A DNA stretch of 64,000 nt from Myxococcota bacterium (GCA_044344255.1 JBIJDH010000002.1:128001-192000), one strand, 5' to 3'; positions 39,497 to 49,531 are shown, counted from the first letter of the stretch. Numbers and translations are program-made. The notes: generated by a model not told the origin, from the sequence alone.

Positions 39497-40903
39497 ATGT
39501 CGACCGCCTACACCCAGCCAGAGATCAGCGAGGGTGCCTCCCTGATCGTCGGGCGCCGCACCTACGTCCTCGACACCAATGTGCTGCTCTACGATCCAAA
39601 CGCGATCAACGTCTTCAAGGAGCATGTGCTGGTCATCCCGATCATCGTGATCGAGGAGATCGACAAGTTCAAGAAGGACCTGAACGAGACGGGCCGAAAC
39701 GCGCGCGCCGTCTCGCGCCGCCTCGATGACCTCCGCGCCGCGGGCAGCCTCTCCACGGGGGTGCCCCTCCCGAACGGCGGCCTCCTCCGCGTCGAGATGC
39801 CGCATGAGGACACGATCCTCCCCGACGGCTTCGGACCCCGCAGCAACGACAACATCATCCTGTCGACGGTGCTCGACCTCTCGAGGCGGGAGGGGCGAGA
39901 CCGGGTCGTCTTTGTCACCCGCGACACCAACATGCGCATCAAGGCCGATGCGCTCGGAATCTCCGTCGAGGACTACGAGCACGCACACATCAGCGTCGAC
40001 GAGAACTACACCGGCGTGATGGAGCGGGTCCTCTCTTCGAGCCGCCTGCAGGAGCTGTACACGAAGACCAGCATCCCCCTCGAAGAGGGAGAGGCCGCTG
40101 AGCTCGGGGTCTTCCCCAACCAGTTCCTCGTCTTGCACGCTCAGGACAACCCGGCTCAGACCGCCCTTGCTCGTTATGATCACCGAAAGGCGAGGATCAA
40201 GCTGGTGGGTCGCCACAAGGAGGGGGTCTGGGGAATCTTCGCGCGAAACAAGGAGCAGCTCTTCGCGTTGGAGCTCCTGCTCGATGACAGCGTCTCGCTG
40301 GTCACCCTCGACGGCATGGCCGGCACCGGCAAGACCTTGCTCGCGATCGCCTGCGGGCTGCGCATGGTGACCGATGAGAGCCGGTACCGGCGCCTCGTGG
40401 TGAGCCGACCGATCTTCCCGATGGGGCGCGATCTCGGCTTCCTCCCCGGGGACATCTCCGAGAAGCTCAACCCCTGGATGAAGCCGATCTACGACAACCT
40501 CGAGCTGCTCACCGGCTCCGCCGAGACCGAGGAGCGGCCGAACAAGCGGAGCGGGCCGCAGCAGCCTCCGGGCTACCAGGCCTTGATGGATCAGGGGATG
40601 ATCGAGGTCGAGCCGCTCACCTACATCCGCGGGCGGTCGATACCTCGCCAGTACCTCGTGGTCGACGAGGCCCAGAATCTCACGCCCCATGAGGTCAAGA
40701 CGGTGATCACCCGCGCGGGGGAGGGCACCAAGATCGTGCTCACCGGCGATCCGTACCAGATCGACAACCCCTACGTGGACGCCATGTCGAACGGCCTGAC
40801 CTACGTGGTGGAGCGCATGAAGCAGAGCGCCGTCGCAGGGCACGTCACCCTTCGGAAGGGGGAGCGCTCCGAGCTCGCCGAGCTCGCGGCGAGGATGCTC
40901 TGA
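39497..40903 (+). CDS. PIN-PhoH (PhoH2/YlaK-like) protein
   Basis: PIN 'YVLDTNVLL'; Walker A GMAGTGKT, RGRS, DEAQN, GDPYQID. Confidence 0.93.
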   Translation: MSTAYTQPEISEGASLIVGRRTYVLDTNVLLYDPNAINVFKEHVLVIPIIVIEEIDKFKKDLNETGRNARAVSRRLDDLRAAGSLSTGVPLPNGGLLRVEMPHEDTILPDGFGPRSNDNIILSTVLDLSRREGRDRVVFVTRDTNMRIKADALGISVEDYEHAHISVDENYTGVMERVLSSSRLQELYTKTSIPLEEGEAAELGVFPNQFLVLHAQDNPAQTALARYDHRKARIKLVGRHKEGVWGIFARNKEQLFALELLLDDSVSLVTLDGMAGTGKTLLAIACGLRMVTDESRYRRLVVSRPIFPMGRDLGFLPGDISEKLNPWMKPIYDNLELLTGSAETEERPNKRSGPQQPPGYQALMDQGMIEVEPLTYIRGRSIPRQYLVVDEAQNLTPHEVKTVITRAGEGTKIVLTGDPYQIDNPYVDAMSNGLTYVVERMKQSAVAGHVTLRKGERSELAELAARML

Positions 40904-40904
40904 C

Positions 40905-41705
40905 ATGGCCGGTGGGGCGGGCGCGCAACAGCTTGAAGGGCGAAATGTGGTGGTGGAGGCTCTGGAGCGCCGCCGCCGCCGGGTGATTCGGGTGCTGCTG
41001 GACGATCGCGCCAAGCCGGATCCGAAGGTCGCGCACCTCTTGGAGCTGGCCTCGGCGGCGCGGGTGGAGGTTCGACGGGTACCGCGGGGCGAGCTCGATC
41101 GGATGAGCCTCACCGGCGTGCACAACGGGGTCATCGCGCTGGTGGATCCGCTGCCCGAATGGAGCGTGGCCGGCTTGCTCGAGTCCCTGGAGCGGGAAGG
41201 CAAAGATCCCTTCCTCGTGCTCGTGGACGAGATCCAGTATGAGCACAACCTCGGCGCCGTTCTCCGGAGCGCGCTGGGCGCCGGCGTTGACGGGCTGGTG
41301 ATCCCGGTCCAACGCGGCAAGGGCATCACACCGGTGGTCCAGCGCGTAGCGATGGGGGCCGCCGAGGTCGTACCCGTCGTGCGCGAGGGCCTGTCTTCGG
41401 CCCTGGCCACCCTCCGTCGCGCGGGCATCCGGATCGTGGGCGCCGACATGGGGGGCGATCCGTGCTGGTCGGTGCCGCTGACGGGCCCCATCGCGCTCGT
41501 GCTCGGGGGGGAGGACAAGGGCCTCAGCTCTACCCTCCGTTCCCGCTGTGACAGCATCGCCGCCGTCCCGCTCGGCGGCGGTCTGGAGTCGCTGAACGTG
41601 AGCGTCACCGCCGGGATCCTCATGTTCGAGAAGCGCCGGCAGGAGCTCGCGCTCGCCGCAGGCGTTTCTCGCCCCTGGATGGGACCGCCTCCGTCTGGGG
41701 GTTAG
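40905..41705 (+). CDS. rlmB: TrmH/SpoU-family 23S rRNA methyltransferase
   Basis: HNLGAVLRSA, VLGGEDKGL, ESLNVSV. Confidence 0.85.
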   Translation: MAGGAGAQQLEGRNVVVEALERRRRRVIRVLLDDRAKPDPKVAHLLELASAARVEVRRVPRGELDRMSLTGVHNGVIALVDPLPEWSVAGLLESLEREGKDPFLVLVDEIQYEHNLGAVLRSALGAGVDGLVIPVQRGKGITPVVQRVAMGAAEVVPVVREGLSSALATLRRAGIRIVGADMGGDPCWSVPLTGPIALVLGGEDKGLSSTLRSRCDSIAAVPLGGGLESLNVSVTAGILMFEKRRQELALAAGVSRPWMGPPPSGG

Positions 41706-41725
41706 GCACCCGCCGAGGTGGATCG

Positions 41726-43474
41726 TTGGGCTACCAGTCTCTCGCCGGTGTGCTGCTCCTGGCGCTGCTCGTCTTCATACACGAGCTCGGCCACTACTTG
41801 GTGGCCAAGGCCTGTGGGGTTCAGGTCACGGTCTTCTCGATCGGGATGGGGCCGCGCGTCTTCGGCTTCGTGCGAGGGGGCACCGACTATCGGCTCTCCG
41901 CCTTCCCGTTCGGCGGCTACGTAAAGCTGGCGGGCGCCGACCCCTTCGCCTTCACGGAGGATGAAGGCGAGTCCCTCGAAGACCCTCGCACATCCTTCCT
42001 GCTCCGGCCGGTGTGGCAGCGCATCGCGGTCATCGCGGCGGGGCCCGTCTTCAACCTGCTGCTGCCCTTCGTCGTCTTCACGGCGGTGTTGATGGCGGGT
42101 GAGCCCCAGCCGGCGGCGGAGGTGGGGCGGATCTACCCCCGCACTGTGGCGGAGTCCGCGGGCCTGCGCCCAGGTGACCGCATCACCGCGCTCAACGGTG
42201 AGCCGGTAGTCTCCTGGATGCACCTCGCTCGGCTCGTGGGTGAGCGGGGTGCGGGCGCGGTCGAGCTCGACGTCTTCCGGCCCCTCGTCCCCGGCTCGAC
42301 GCCGGAGGAGGCGGCGGGAGAGCGGCTCGGGCTGAGCCTCTCGATCACCACCCCGTTGGACCCCGACTCCGGTGACCTCTCTGCTGCGCTGGGGGTCGGC
42401 TACTACCGACCTGCCCCGGTGGTCGGCCTCGATGACCCTGCGTCCCCCGCCAGCCGAGCGGGCCTGAAGGGCGGCGACCTCATCCAGATGGTCGGGGACG
42501 TCGCCGTCACGGACTGGCTCCAGTTGGACGCCGCGATCGCGCGCTCCAGCGGGCCCTGGGCCCTGAAGGTGCGGCGAGGCGAGGAGACCCTCGACCTCCA
42601 GGTCGGCGTGGATCCGGCCTGGGCGCCCCGGCTCGTAGAGGGGGGCATCGCAGGTCCGGCGGTGTCGATCGGCCTCTTCCCCCAGACCCTCTTCGTCGGG
42701 GAGGTCTCCGAGACGGTCGACCCGGAGCACAAGCTCATCCCCGACCTCACCCTGGCCTCGGAGCCCTCGCCAGCGCGCCTCGCGGGGGTCCTCGCCGGAG
42801 ATCGGTTCCTGCGCATCGACGGAGAGGGCATCCGGGCTTGGGGGGATGTTCAGCGCACGGTCCGCGCGACGATGGAGGGCACCGGCGTCGGCGCCACGGC
42901 CCGCCCCGTGGCCTTGGAGGTCGTGCGGGCCGGCCAGGTGCTCTCGCTCACGCTCACCCCACGGGTGATCGAGCTCACCGACGAGATGAGCCGCTACGAG
43001 CGACGGCCAATCCTCGGTGTCTTCAGCGCCGGCTACGAGGTGGGAGGGGCCAGCGTCCGCTACTACTACGGCTTCTTCGAGGCCTTCGCGAAGGCCACCG
43101 ATCAGACCGTCTCCATCGTTCGGAGCATCCTGGAGCAGCTCGGCATGCTCATCACCGGCCGGGCCTCGATGGAGCGCTCCTTCGCGGGGCCCATCGAGAT
43201 GATGCGGCAGGCTGGCTATGCCGCCGAGGCGGGCATCTTCAGCTACGCGCGGCTGATGGGAATGCTCTCGATCTCGCTGGGCGTGATGAACCTGCTGCCG
43301 GTGCCCGTCCTGGATGGCGGGCAGCTGCTCTTCTTCATCATCGAGGCCATCCGCGGTCGCCCGGTCTCCTTGCGCCTCCGCGAGCGGGCCCTGCAGGTCG
43401 GCGTAATCTTCCTGCTCCTGCTCATGATGTTCGTCGTCGTGCTCGATGTGCGGAGGTGTGTCGGTGCCGACTGA
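41726..43474 (+). CDS. rseP: Site-2 (RIP) metalloprotease RseP with multiple PDZ domains
   Basis: HELGH, AGPVFN, NLLPVPVLDGG and three PDZ-like segments. Confidence 0.93.
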   Translation: MGYQSLAGVLLLALLVFIHELGHYLVAKACGVQVTVFSIGMGPRVFGFVRGGTDYRLSAFPFGGYVKLAGADPFAFTEDEGESLEDPRTSFLLRPVWQRIAVIAAGPVFNLLLPFVVFTAVLMAGEPQPAAEVGRIYPRTVAESAGLRPGDRITALNGEPVVSWMHLARLVGERGAGAVELDVFRPLVPGSTPEEAAGERLGLSLSITTPLDPDSGDLSAALGVGYYRPAPVVGLDDPASPASRAGLKGGDLIQMVGDVAVTDWLQLDAAIARSSGPWALKVRRGEETLDLQVGVDPAWAPRLVEGGIAGPAVSIGLFPQTLFVGEVSETVDPEHKLIPDLTLASEPSPARLAGVLAGDRFLRIDGEGIRAWGDVQRTVRATMEGTGVGATARPVALEVVRAGQVLSLTLTPRVIELTDEMSRYERRPILGVFSAGYEVGGASVRYYYGFFEAFAKATDQTVSIVRSILEQLGMLITGRASMERSFAGPIEMMRQAGYAAEAGIFSYARLMGMLSISLGVMNLLPVPVLDGGQLLFFIIEAIRGRPVSLRLRERALQVGVIFLLLLMMFVVVLDVRRCVGAD

Positions 43475-44174
43475 GCGGAGGTGGTGCTTGGGCATCGACA
43501 CGGCGGGCCCGGTGGTCGGTGTGGCCCTGTGGTGGGCGGGTGAGCCCGAGCCGGCCTTCGAGCGCACGGAGCGGGTGGCGCGGGGGGCGGACGGGCTGCT
43601 CGTCCCCTGGATCGCGGCCGCCCTCGCTCAGGTGGATGACGATGGGGATCTCGGTGCGGGGCGGGGGTTGGTGGCGGTCTCCGCCGGCCCGGGGGCCTTC
43701 ACCGGGCTCCGGGTGGGGCTCGCCTTGGCGATGGGCCTCGGCGTCGCGCGGCGGCTCGAGGTCGTGCCTGTCTCTTCGCTCGCGGCCCGGGCCGCGATGG
43801 TCGGAGCGCCGGTGCTGGTCCTCCTCGATGCGCGGAAGGACCGTGTCTATGCAGGCGCCTACACCTTCCTCGACGGTCTACCCCAGCTGGAGGGAGTGGA
43901 GCAGGACGTGAGCCTCGCCGAGGTCCTGCCCGCCGCGCCCTTCCGGTGTGTGGGGGAGGGCGCTGTCGTGTATCGGGCGCAGATCGAGGCCGCGGGCGGG
44001 GAGGTGGTCCCTGCGGCCGATCGGTGCCCCGCCGCCGCGTTGGCCGCGCTCGGGCTCCGGCTCCCCGCCTCCTGCCGAGTGAGCCCGGCGGCCGTGAGCC
44101 CACACTACATCCGCCCGGCTGACATCACCCCGCCCCGGGGCGGCGGCCCGGCGGGCGCCTTCCCGGTCGGATAA
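43464..44174 (+). CDS. tsaB: tRNA threonylcarbamoyladenosine biosynthesis protein TsaB
   Basis: LGIDTA, GPGAFTGLRVG, LDARKDRVY. Confidence 0.9.
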   Translation: MPTERRWCLGIDTAGPVVGVALWWAGEPEPAFERTERVARGADGLLVPWIAAALAQVDDDGDLGAGRGLVAVSAGPGAFTGLRVGLALAMGLGVARRLEVVPVSSLAARAAMVGAPVLVLLDARKDRVYAGAYTFLDGLPQLEGVEQDVSLAEVLPAAPFRCVGEGAVVYRAQIEAAGGEVVPAADRCPAAALAALGLRLPASCRVSPAAVSPHYIRPADITPPRGGGPAGAFPVG

Positions 44175-44215
44175 GGGGCCCGGCTCCTCCCACCGTGGGG
44201 GGGGCAGGAGAGGGA

Positions 44216-45256
44216 ATGTCTGACCAAGAGCTGGCGAGCCCCACGCAGGGCGAGCCGTCGTACACCGTCGCAGTGCTCGGGGCGACCGGCGCGGTCGGTC
44301 AGGATCTGCTGCGGGCCCTCGGTCGGAGCGGCCTCTCCATCGGTGAGCTGCGCCTGATGGCCGGCCCGGGCAGCCGAGGCACCTCGGTCGAGGTGGACGA
44401 CAAGGCGCACCGCGTCCACGCGCTCCCCGCCGAGCCGGAGTCGAGCACCCTCTTCGAGGGCGTGCAGATCGCCTTCCTCTGCTTGCCCCCCGACGTGGCG
44501 CGCGCCCAGGCGCGGTCCCTCGCGGACCGCGGGATCCTGGTGATCGACCTCAGCGGCGTGTCCGCCGGGGAGGCGCCGATCACCCTCGCCGGCGTGTCCG
44601 AGCTGCCCTCGGAGATCCCCGACGCCGGTCGCCTGTTGGTCGCCCCCTCGGCGCCCGCGGCGGTCCTGGCCACCGTCCTGGGTGCGCTTCGCGGTCTCGG
44701 GGTCAGCGGCTGTCGCGGCACGATCCTGCAGTCCGCCGGAGCAGCGGGCAAGGCGGGCGTCGAGGAGCTCTCCCAGCAGGTGGTCGCCCTCTTCAATCAA
44801 GGGGAGCCCCCGCGCAAGGTCTTCCCGGGCGGGCTCGCCTTCGATCTGATCGGCCAGAGCGGCTCTCTCATCGAGGGCTGGACCAGCGGTGAGCGTCGGA
44901 TCGCCGAAGAGGTGGCCCTGCTCACCGGCCTGCCGGCTACCGAGATCGGCCTCACGCTCATCACCGTGCCGCTCTTCGCCGGCCTCTCCGTCTCCATCCA
45001 TGTACGCTTCGACGAGGAGGTGGGCCTGGACGACGTCCTCGCGGCCCTCGGCGACTCCCCCTCCTTGCGGGTGGGCGATCCGGTGCCCGGGCCGCGGCGC
45101 GTGGTCGGCAAGGGGGCGGTGCACGTCGGTCGGGTCCGCCTCGATCCCGCTGGAGACGGCATCCACCTCTGGGCGGTGGCCGATAATCTTCGCTTTGGCG
45201 CCTCGGCCAGCGCGATCGGCCTCGCCCTCGCCGCGATCGAGGCGGGCTGGCTGTGA
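44216..45256 (+). CDS. Aspartate-semialdehyde dehydrogenase-like protein lacking catalytic residues (Usg-like)
   Basis: VAVLGATGAVG, VIDLS, QSAGAAG, WAVADNLR, but NPNC reads 'APSA' and the GHS His reads 'GLS'. Confidence 0.8.
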   Translation: MSDQELASPTQGEPSYTVAVLGATGAVGQDLLRALGRSGLSIGELRLMAGPGSRGTSVEVDDKAHRVHALPAEPESSTLFEGVQIAFLCLPPDVARAQARSLADRGILVIDLSGVSAGEAPITLAGVSELPSEIPDAGRLLVAPSAPAAVLATVLGALRGLGVSGCRGTILQSAGAAGKAGVEELSQQVVALFNQGEPPRKVFPGGLAFDLIGQSGSLIEGWTSGERRIAEEVALLTGLPATEIGLTLITVPLFAGLSVSIHVRFDEEVGLDDVLAALGDSPSLRVGDPVPGPRRVVGKGAVHVGRVRLDPAGDGIHLWAVADNLRFGASASAIGLALAAIEAGWL

Positions 45257-45347
45257 GCCGCCTCGCCCCCCGGGCCCTCGCGCGGCCAGCTGTGACAGCC
45301 TGACAATCTCGCCTTGACGGCGCGGTCGAACACGACGGGATCGTTGC

Positions 45348-45363
45348 TGGCACGATGCCTGCA
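45348..45363 (+). promoter_or_regulatory. Sigma54 (-24/-12) promoter
   Basis: TGGCACGATGCCTGCA, GG-N10-GC, 40 nt upstream of ATG 45403. Confidence 0.7.
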
Positions 45364-45402
45364 TCCTCCTCTCGGTGGGCGAACCGGCCCCTTGGGAACT
45401 CG

Positions 45403-47886
45403 ATGCTCCTGCTCCTCCTCCTGCCCTCCGTGTTCGCCGCTGATCCGTCGGTGAAGGCCGCGTTCACCCTCGGCGCGGACCCTGTCGACCTCGGCAGCCT
45501 CGCGGGCGGCGGTTCCCTCCCTCGCTGGGTCGGCGCGCGGACGGCCGGAGACTGGGTGGACCTCTTCGACACCCTGACCTGGGACGATCCCGTCTCGGTC
45601 TCCGTCGGCTGCGAGGGAGGGGAGGGGCCGGACGGCCACGCGGGCGGGGTGGCCTTCACCGGCTCGGACGTCTCACCTCGGCTGTGGACGGGCTGCGCCG
45701 ACGGTACGGTGCGCTGGTTCGATCGCAGCGCCGGGCTCTGGTCCGAGACCGGCAGCGTGAGCGCGGCCTCCAACGGCATCTACGGCCTCTTCAGCCCCGA
45801 TGGCGCCTCGATCTTCGGGGTCTCGGGCCCCTCTTCGGCGCCGGTGCTCTTCGAGCTCGATCCCGACTCTGGCGCCGTCACCACCCTCGCGGCGCTCAGC
45901 TACAGCGGCTTCACGGACCTCTCGGGAGACCTCTCTTACTTGCTCGTCGGCCAGGGCTCGGAGGGGGTGGCCGCCCTCTCGTACGCGGGCGGCACGGGCA
46001 ACCAGGGGATCGGGAGCGGGGTCACGGTCCGAGACCTCCTCGTCCCCACGAACGAGCTCTACTTGCTCGCCGGGGGAGAGGCGGGGGTGCTTCGGTTCTT
46101 CCCGACCGAGACCAGCGGCAGCAACCTGACCGTCCTCTCGAACGACCCCAGCGACGCCGCGGCCCTCTCCCTCCACGACGCGAGCACCCTCCTCGTCGCC
46201 GATGACGGCGCGGCCGATCTCATCGGCTACGCCTACTCGAGCGGCAGCCTGACCGGGGAGGAGCTCTTCTCCTTGGCGTACCCCGGGAGCGGCGACGTGG
46301 TCGAGCTCGTCGGTGGCTCGGGCTACACGGTGGGGGCGGCGCTGACAGGGGACGGCAACGACAACTTGTGGGTGATCACCGACAAGCCGTGGGTTGAGGC
46401 CGAGGTCGACTCCCTGTCTGCGGACGCCGGCGGCACGGTGAACCTGAGCTTCCAGTCCGATGAGACGGGCACGTGGTCGATCTACGGCCTCGACGCCTCG
46501 GGGGCTCGGCTCAGCGACACCGCCCTCGCGACGGGTGATCTCGGCGACACTCTCAGCGGCACGGCGGCCGTGGTCCTCGATCCCACCCTCTTCCTGACCG
46601 ACACGCCGGGGCCGGACGGCACGACCACCTATTACCTCCAAGTGGAGGTCACGGGGTCGGGGGAGCGGGTCGGCGCCGACGCGGTCTCGCTGTCGGTCGG
46701 TGGAGATCCGACCCGACCCGAGATCGAGCTCGCCTTCGGGGAGGAGCGCCTCATCGTCGATGCCACCGCCGAAAACACGGTGCGCTTCGAGGTCTACGTC
46801 ACCCGAAAGGAGGACGAGGCCGAATTCACGCCCTTCCTCGAAGAGTGTGGGGCGGGCGGCTCCGACACCGGCGCGGCCTCGGACTGTGGCCCCACCTTCA
46901 GCGTCGACGGCGACGACGCAGCCGAATACCCGAAGAGCCAAGAGGTCGAAGTGGGGAGCGCCGTGCGCTTCACCGTCGCGCCCCTCGAGAATGACCACGA
47001 ATACTGCGTCGCCGTACGCGGCTTCGGATCAGATGGACAGGAGAGCCCCATGAGCGAGATCCTCTGTGAGATCCCCCGCAAGACGTACACCTTCGAGGAG
47101 CGCACCGGCGGCGCCCCTGGCTGGTGCGGCGCTCCCCTCCCAGTCTCCGGTCTGGCCGCCGCCGCTGGTGTCGCGCTCGCGGTGTCGCGTCGTCGGCGCC
47201 GCGCCGCCGCGGGCCTCGGCCTGCTCGCCCTGATCGGCCTCACCACCTCCTCCGCCCCAGCGGCCGCCGCCGACAAGTCGGTGTTGGGTGACAAGTTCGA
47301 CAGTCACTCGAATTTCCAGATTCGGTACGGCAGCGCCAGCTTTGATGATCCGGACGTCACCGCCGGCCTGGAGGACGACTCCAACCGGATGTTGTGGCTC
47401 GAGGGCGGCCCGCACATCATCAAGTACTTCGAGCCCACGCTGGCCTTCGGCTTCATGCAGGGCGCTGGAATGCAGACCGACTCCAAGGGCATCCTGTCGG
47501 GCGACTTCGACACCCTCACCGTCTTCCCGATCGCGCTCAAGGCCACCGGGCGGCTGGACGTGCTCGACGACCAGATCCTCGTCCCCTACTTTGGGCTCGG
47601 CCTCGACTACTGGCTGGTGCGCACCCACTCCGCCACCGACGGCAGCGACGACACCAACACCGGCGGCCGCTACGGCTGGTCTTGGGCTTGGGGGGGGCAG
47701 CTCCTCCTCAACAACCTCGAGCCCGAGCGGGCGAGCCTCCTCCAGGCTCGCTCTGGCATCGAGAGCGTGTACGCGACCTTCGAGTACCGCCGCCAGGACG
47801 TGGGCACGATGCAGTTCGAGCGGGACGGGAAGGGCGTCGTGCTCACCGGAGACGAGCTCACCTTCGGCCTGAAGTTCGACTACTGA
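45403..47886 (+). CDS. Large secreted protein: beta-rich and FN3-like domains, internal sorting-like segment, second signal peptide, C-terminal OM beta-barrel (MXAN_2561/MXAN_2562-like fusion)
   Basis: Signal 'MLLLLLLPSVFA'; FN3-like 'LENDHEYCVAVRGFGSDGQESPMS'; 'GWCG...VSRRRRR'; barrel ending 'LTFGLKFDY'. Confidence 0.65.
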   Translation: MLLLLLLPSVFAADPSVKAAFTLGADPVDLGSLAGGGSLPRWVGARTAGDWVDLFDTLTWDDPVSVSVGCEGGEGPDGHAGGVAFTGSDVSPRLWTGCADGTVRWFDRSAGLWSETGSVSAASNGIYGLFSPDGASIFGVSGPSSAPVLFELDPDSGAVTTLAALSYSGFTDLSGDLSYLLVGQGSEGVAALSYAGGTGNQGIGSGVTVRDLLVPTNELYLLAGGEAGVLRFFPTETSGSNLTVLSNDPSDAAALSLHDASTLLVADDGAADLIGYAYSSGSLTGEELFSLAYPGSGDVVELVGGSGYTVGAALTGDGNDNLWVITDKPWVEAEVDSLSADAGGTVNLSFQSDETGTWSIYGLDASGARLSDTALATGDLGDTLSGTAAVVLDPTLFLTDTPGPDGTTTYYLQVEVTGSGERVGADAVSLSVGGDPTRPEIELAFGEERLIVDATAENTVRFEVYVTRKEDEAEFTPFLEECGAGGSDTGAASDCGPTFSVDGDDAAEYPKSQEVEVGSAVRFTVAPLENDHEYCVAVRGFGSDGQESPMSEILCEIPRKTYTFEERTGGAPGWCGAPLPVSGLAAAAGVALAVSRRRRRAAAGLGLLALIGLTTSSAPAAAADKSVLGDKFDSHSNFQIRYGSASFDDPDVTAGLEDDSNRMLWLEGGPHIIKYFEPTLAFGFMQGAGMQTDSKGILSGDFDTLTVFPIALKATGRLDVLDDQILVPYFGLGLDYWLVRTHSATDGSDDTNTGGRYGWSWAWGGQLLLNNLEPERASLLQARSGIESVYATFEYRRQDVGTMQFERDGKGVVLTGDELTFGLKFDY

Positions 47887-47915
47887 GCGAGGCTGGGCGA
47901 GCGCCAGGAGCGCCT

Positions 47916-48755
47916 GTGCTGCCGACGGGCGCCGTTGCCCGGGGGGGCGGGCCGGCCGGCGGGCAGGCCTGGCGGCTCGATCTCGCCTGGAACGGTGCGC
48001 GTTACTGCGGCTGGCAGCGGCAGGCCAACGGTCGGTCAGTGCAGCAGGTGCTGGAAGAGGCGCTCTGCACCCTGTTTGGCGGAGAGGTGATCGCCGCCAA
48101 GGCCACCGGGCGCACCGACGCTGGCGTGCACGCTGCCCAGCAGGTGGTGGGCTTCTGCGCCTGGACCCCCCGCAGCGCGGAGGCGGTGCAGCGAGGCCTA
48201 AACGCGCTCCTCCCCGACGACATCTGCTGCCTCGCCGCGGCCCACGCTCCGTCGAATTTCGACCCGCGGGGATGGACGCTCCGCAAGCAGTACCGCTACC
48301 GCCTGTTGCTCCGCGAGGCGCGTTGCCCGTTCCGTGATCCCTTCGTGTGGCAGCTCCGCGCGGCGGTCGATCGCGGGCGGATCGCCGCGGCGGCGCCTGC
48401 GCTGGTGGGCCGCCATGACTTCTCGAGCTTCCGCGCCACGGGCTGCGGGGCCCTCCACCCGGTCCGCCAGGTGGAGTCGGTGACCATCACCGACGCGGAC
48501 GACGAGCTTCAGCTCGACTTTGTCGGCAACGGCTTCCTTCGTCACCAAGTGCGCATCATGGTCGGCACCTTGGTGGAGATCGGTCGGGGTCGCCTGCCGC
48601 TCGACGCTCTTCCGAGCATCCTCGAGGCCCGCGACCGCAAGCGAGCCGGCCCAACGGCGCCCCCGCAGGGCCTGTGTCTACACTCGGTCACCCTCGGGGA
48701 GGGGCCTCGCGTCGTCTTCGACCTGGCGGATGCCGAGCTCGAAGACGAGGGCTGA
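47916..48755 (+). CDS. truA: tRNA pseudouridine(38-40) synthase
   Basis: GWQRQ, GRTDAGVHA, GRHDFSSF, GNGFLRHQVRIMVG, TAPPQGL; GTG start with AGGAG SD. Confidence 0.93.
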   Translation: MLPTGAVARGGGPAGGQAWRLDLAWNGARYCGWQRQANGRSVQQVLEEALCTLFGGEVIAAKATGRTDAGVHAAQQVVGFCAWTPRSAEAVQRGLNALLPDDICCLAAAHAPSNFDPRGWTLRKQYRYRLLLREARCPFRDPFVWQLRAAVDRGRIAAAAPALVGRHDFSSFRATGCGALHPVRQVESVTITDADDELQLDFVGNGFLRHQVRIMVGTLVEIGRGRLPLDALPSILEARDRKRAGPTAPPQGLCLHSVTLGEGPRVVFDLADAELEDEG

Positions 48756-48838
48756 CGCTCGAAGGCGATGCCGACCGAGGCCGGGCGGGACCCAGAGGGG
48801 GAGGGGATCGCGGGTGAGGAGCCCCACCCGCGGGTGCG

Positions 48839-49132
48839 CTACCAGTCTTCTTCTTCGCCCTCGGGGGACTCCTCTTCGTCTTCGAAGGCGTCCTCCTCTT
48901 CGTCGAGATCGATGTCCTCATCCGGCTCATCGAGGTCGGGGACCATCTCCTTGGCGCTGGGGCGGTTCGTCTTGTACCGGGCCATCACCGCGACGCGGGG
49001 ATCGGGGGCCGGGTCTTCGCGCTGGTCGGCGTTGCACTTGGGGCAGACCGGCTCCGGCTTGTTGAGGTCGTAGAACTTGCAGCTACAGTTGAAGCAAGTG
49101 TACCGACGGCCCAGGCGGGCTTTGTCCTGCAT
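48839..49132 (-). CDS. FYDLN acid-domain zinc-ribbon protein
   Basis: 'LGRRYTCFNCSCKFYDLNKPEPVCPKC' plus acidic tail. Confidence 0.9.
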   Translation of the reverse strand: MQDKARLGRRYTCFNCSCKFYDLNKPEPVCPKCNADQREDPAPDPRVAVMARYKTNRPSAKEMVPDLDEPDEDIDLDEEEDAFEDEEESPEGEEEDW

Positions 49133-49216
49133 GACGGGGTCCTGGTCGGAGGTGAGCGGACAGAGCGCGCGCGGGCGCCGGGTCCGGGTCGCGATCGGGG
49201 GGAATAAGGGGCGCAC

Positions 49217-49244
49217 TGGATACCACGGCCGCACGTTGAGTCAA
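49217..49244 (-). promoter_or_regulatory. Putative sigma70-type promoter for the FYDLN gene
   Basis: Minus strand TTGACT-N16-TATCCA with TG upstream of the -10. Confidence 0.4.
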
Positions 49245-49309
49245 GGCGGCGAGGTGAAGGGCCGCGGGGCCCGACCGATGGGAGCGGCATTGCGAGCGGC
49301 GGCCCCTGC

Positions 49310-49338
49310 TTGACATCACCCTCCGGGCACACTAATCA
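49310..49338 (+). promoter_or_regulatory. Putative sigma70-type promoter for rplM-rpsI
   Basis: TTGACA-N17-TAATCA. Confidence 0.55.
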
Positions 49339-49531
49339 GCGCCGTCCTTCGGTTGGGGGCACCTCTTCCGCGTCCAGCGGATCAATTGGGCCGCCTATCG
49401 GTAGATCCGTGGCCTTGTCCCCGAATTCTCTCCCGAAGCCCGGGTCGCTCGTCGCCCAGTGGTTGACGAATGGCGAACCCCGGGTGATGTGGCTGCGCTT
49501 CGATACCCCCTGAATTCTCCTGGTGACCCTC

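Noticed and set aside
39497..40903. PIN-PhoH as a toxin-antitoxin or defence module
   Set aside because: Widespread housekeeping-context family; the upstream gene is a secreted protein, not an antitoxin.
45355..45402. ORF-track start at 45355
   Set aside because: That ATG lies inside the sigma54 motif; ATG 45403 gives a clean signal peptide.
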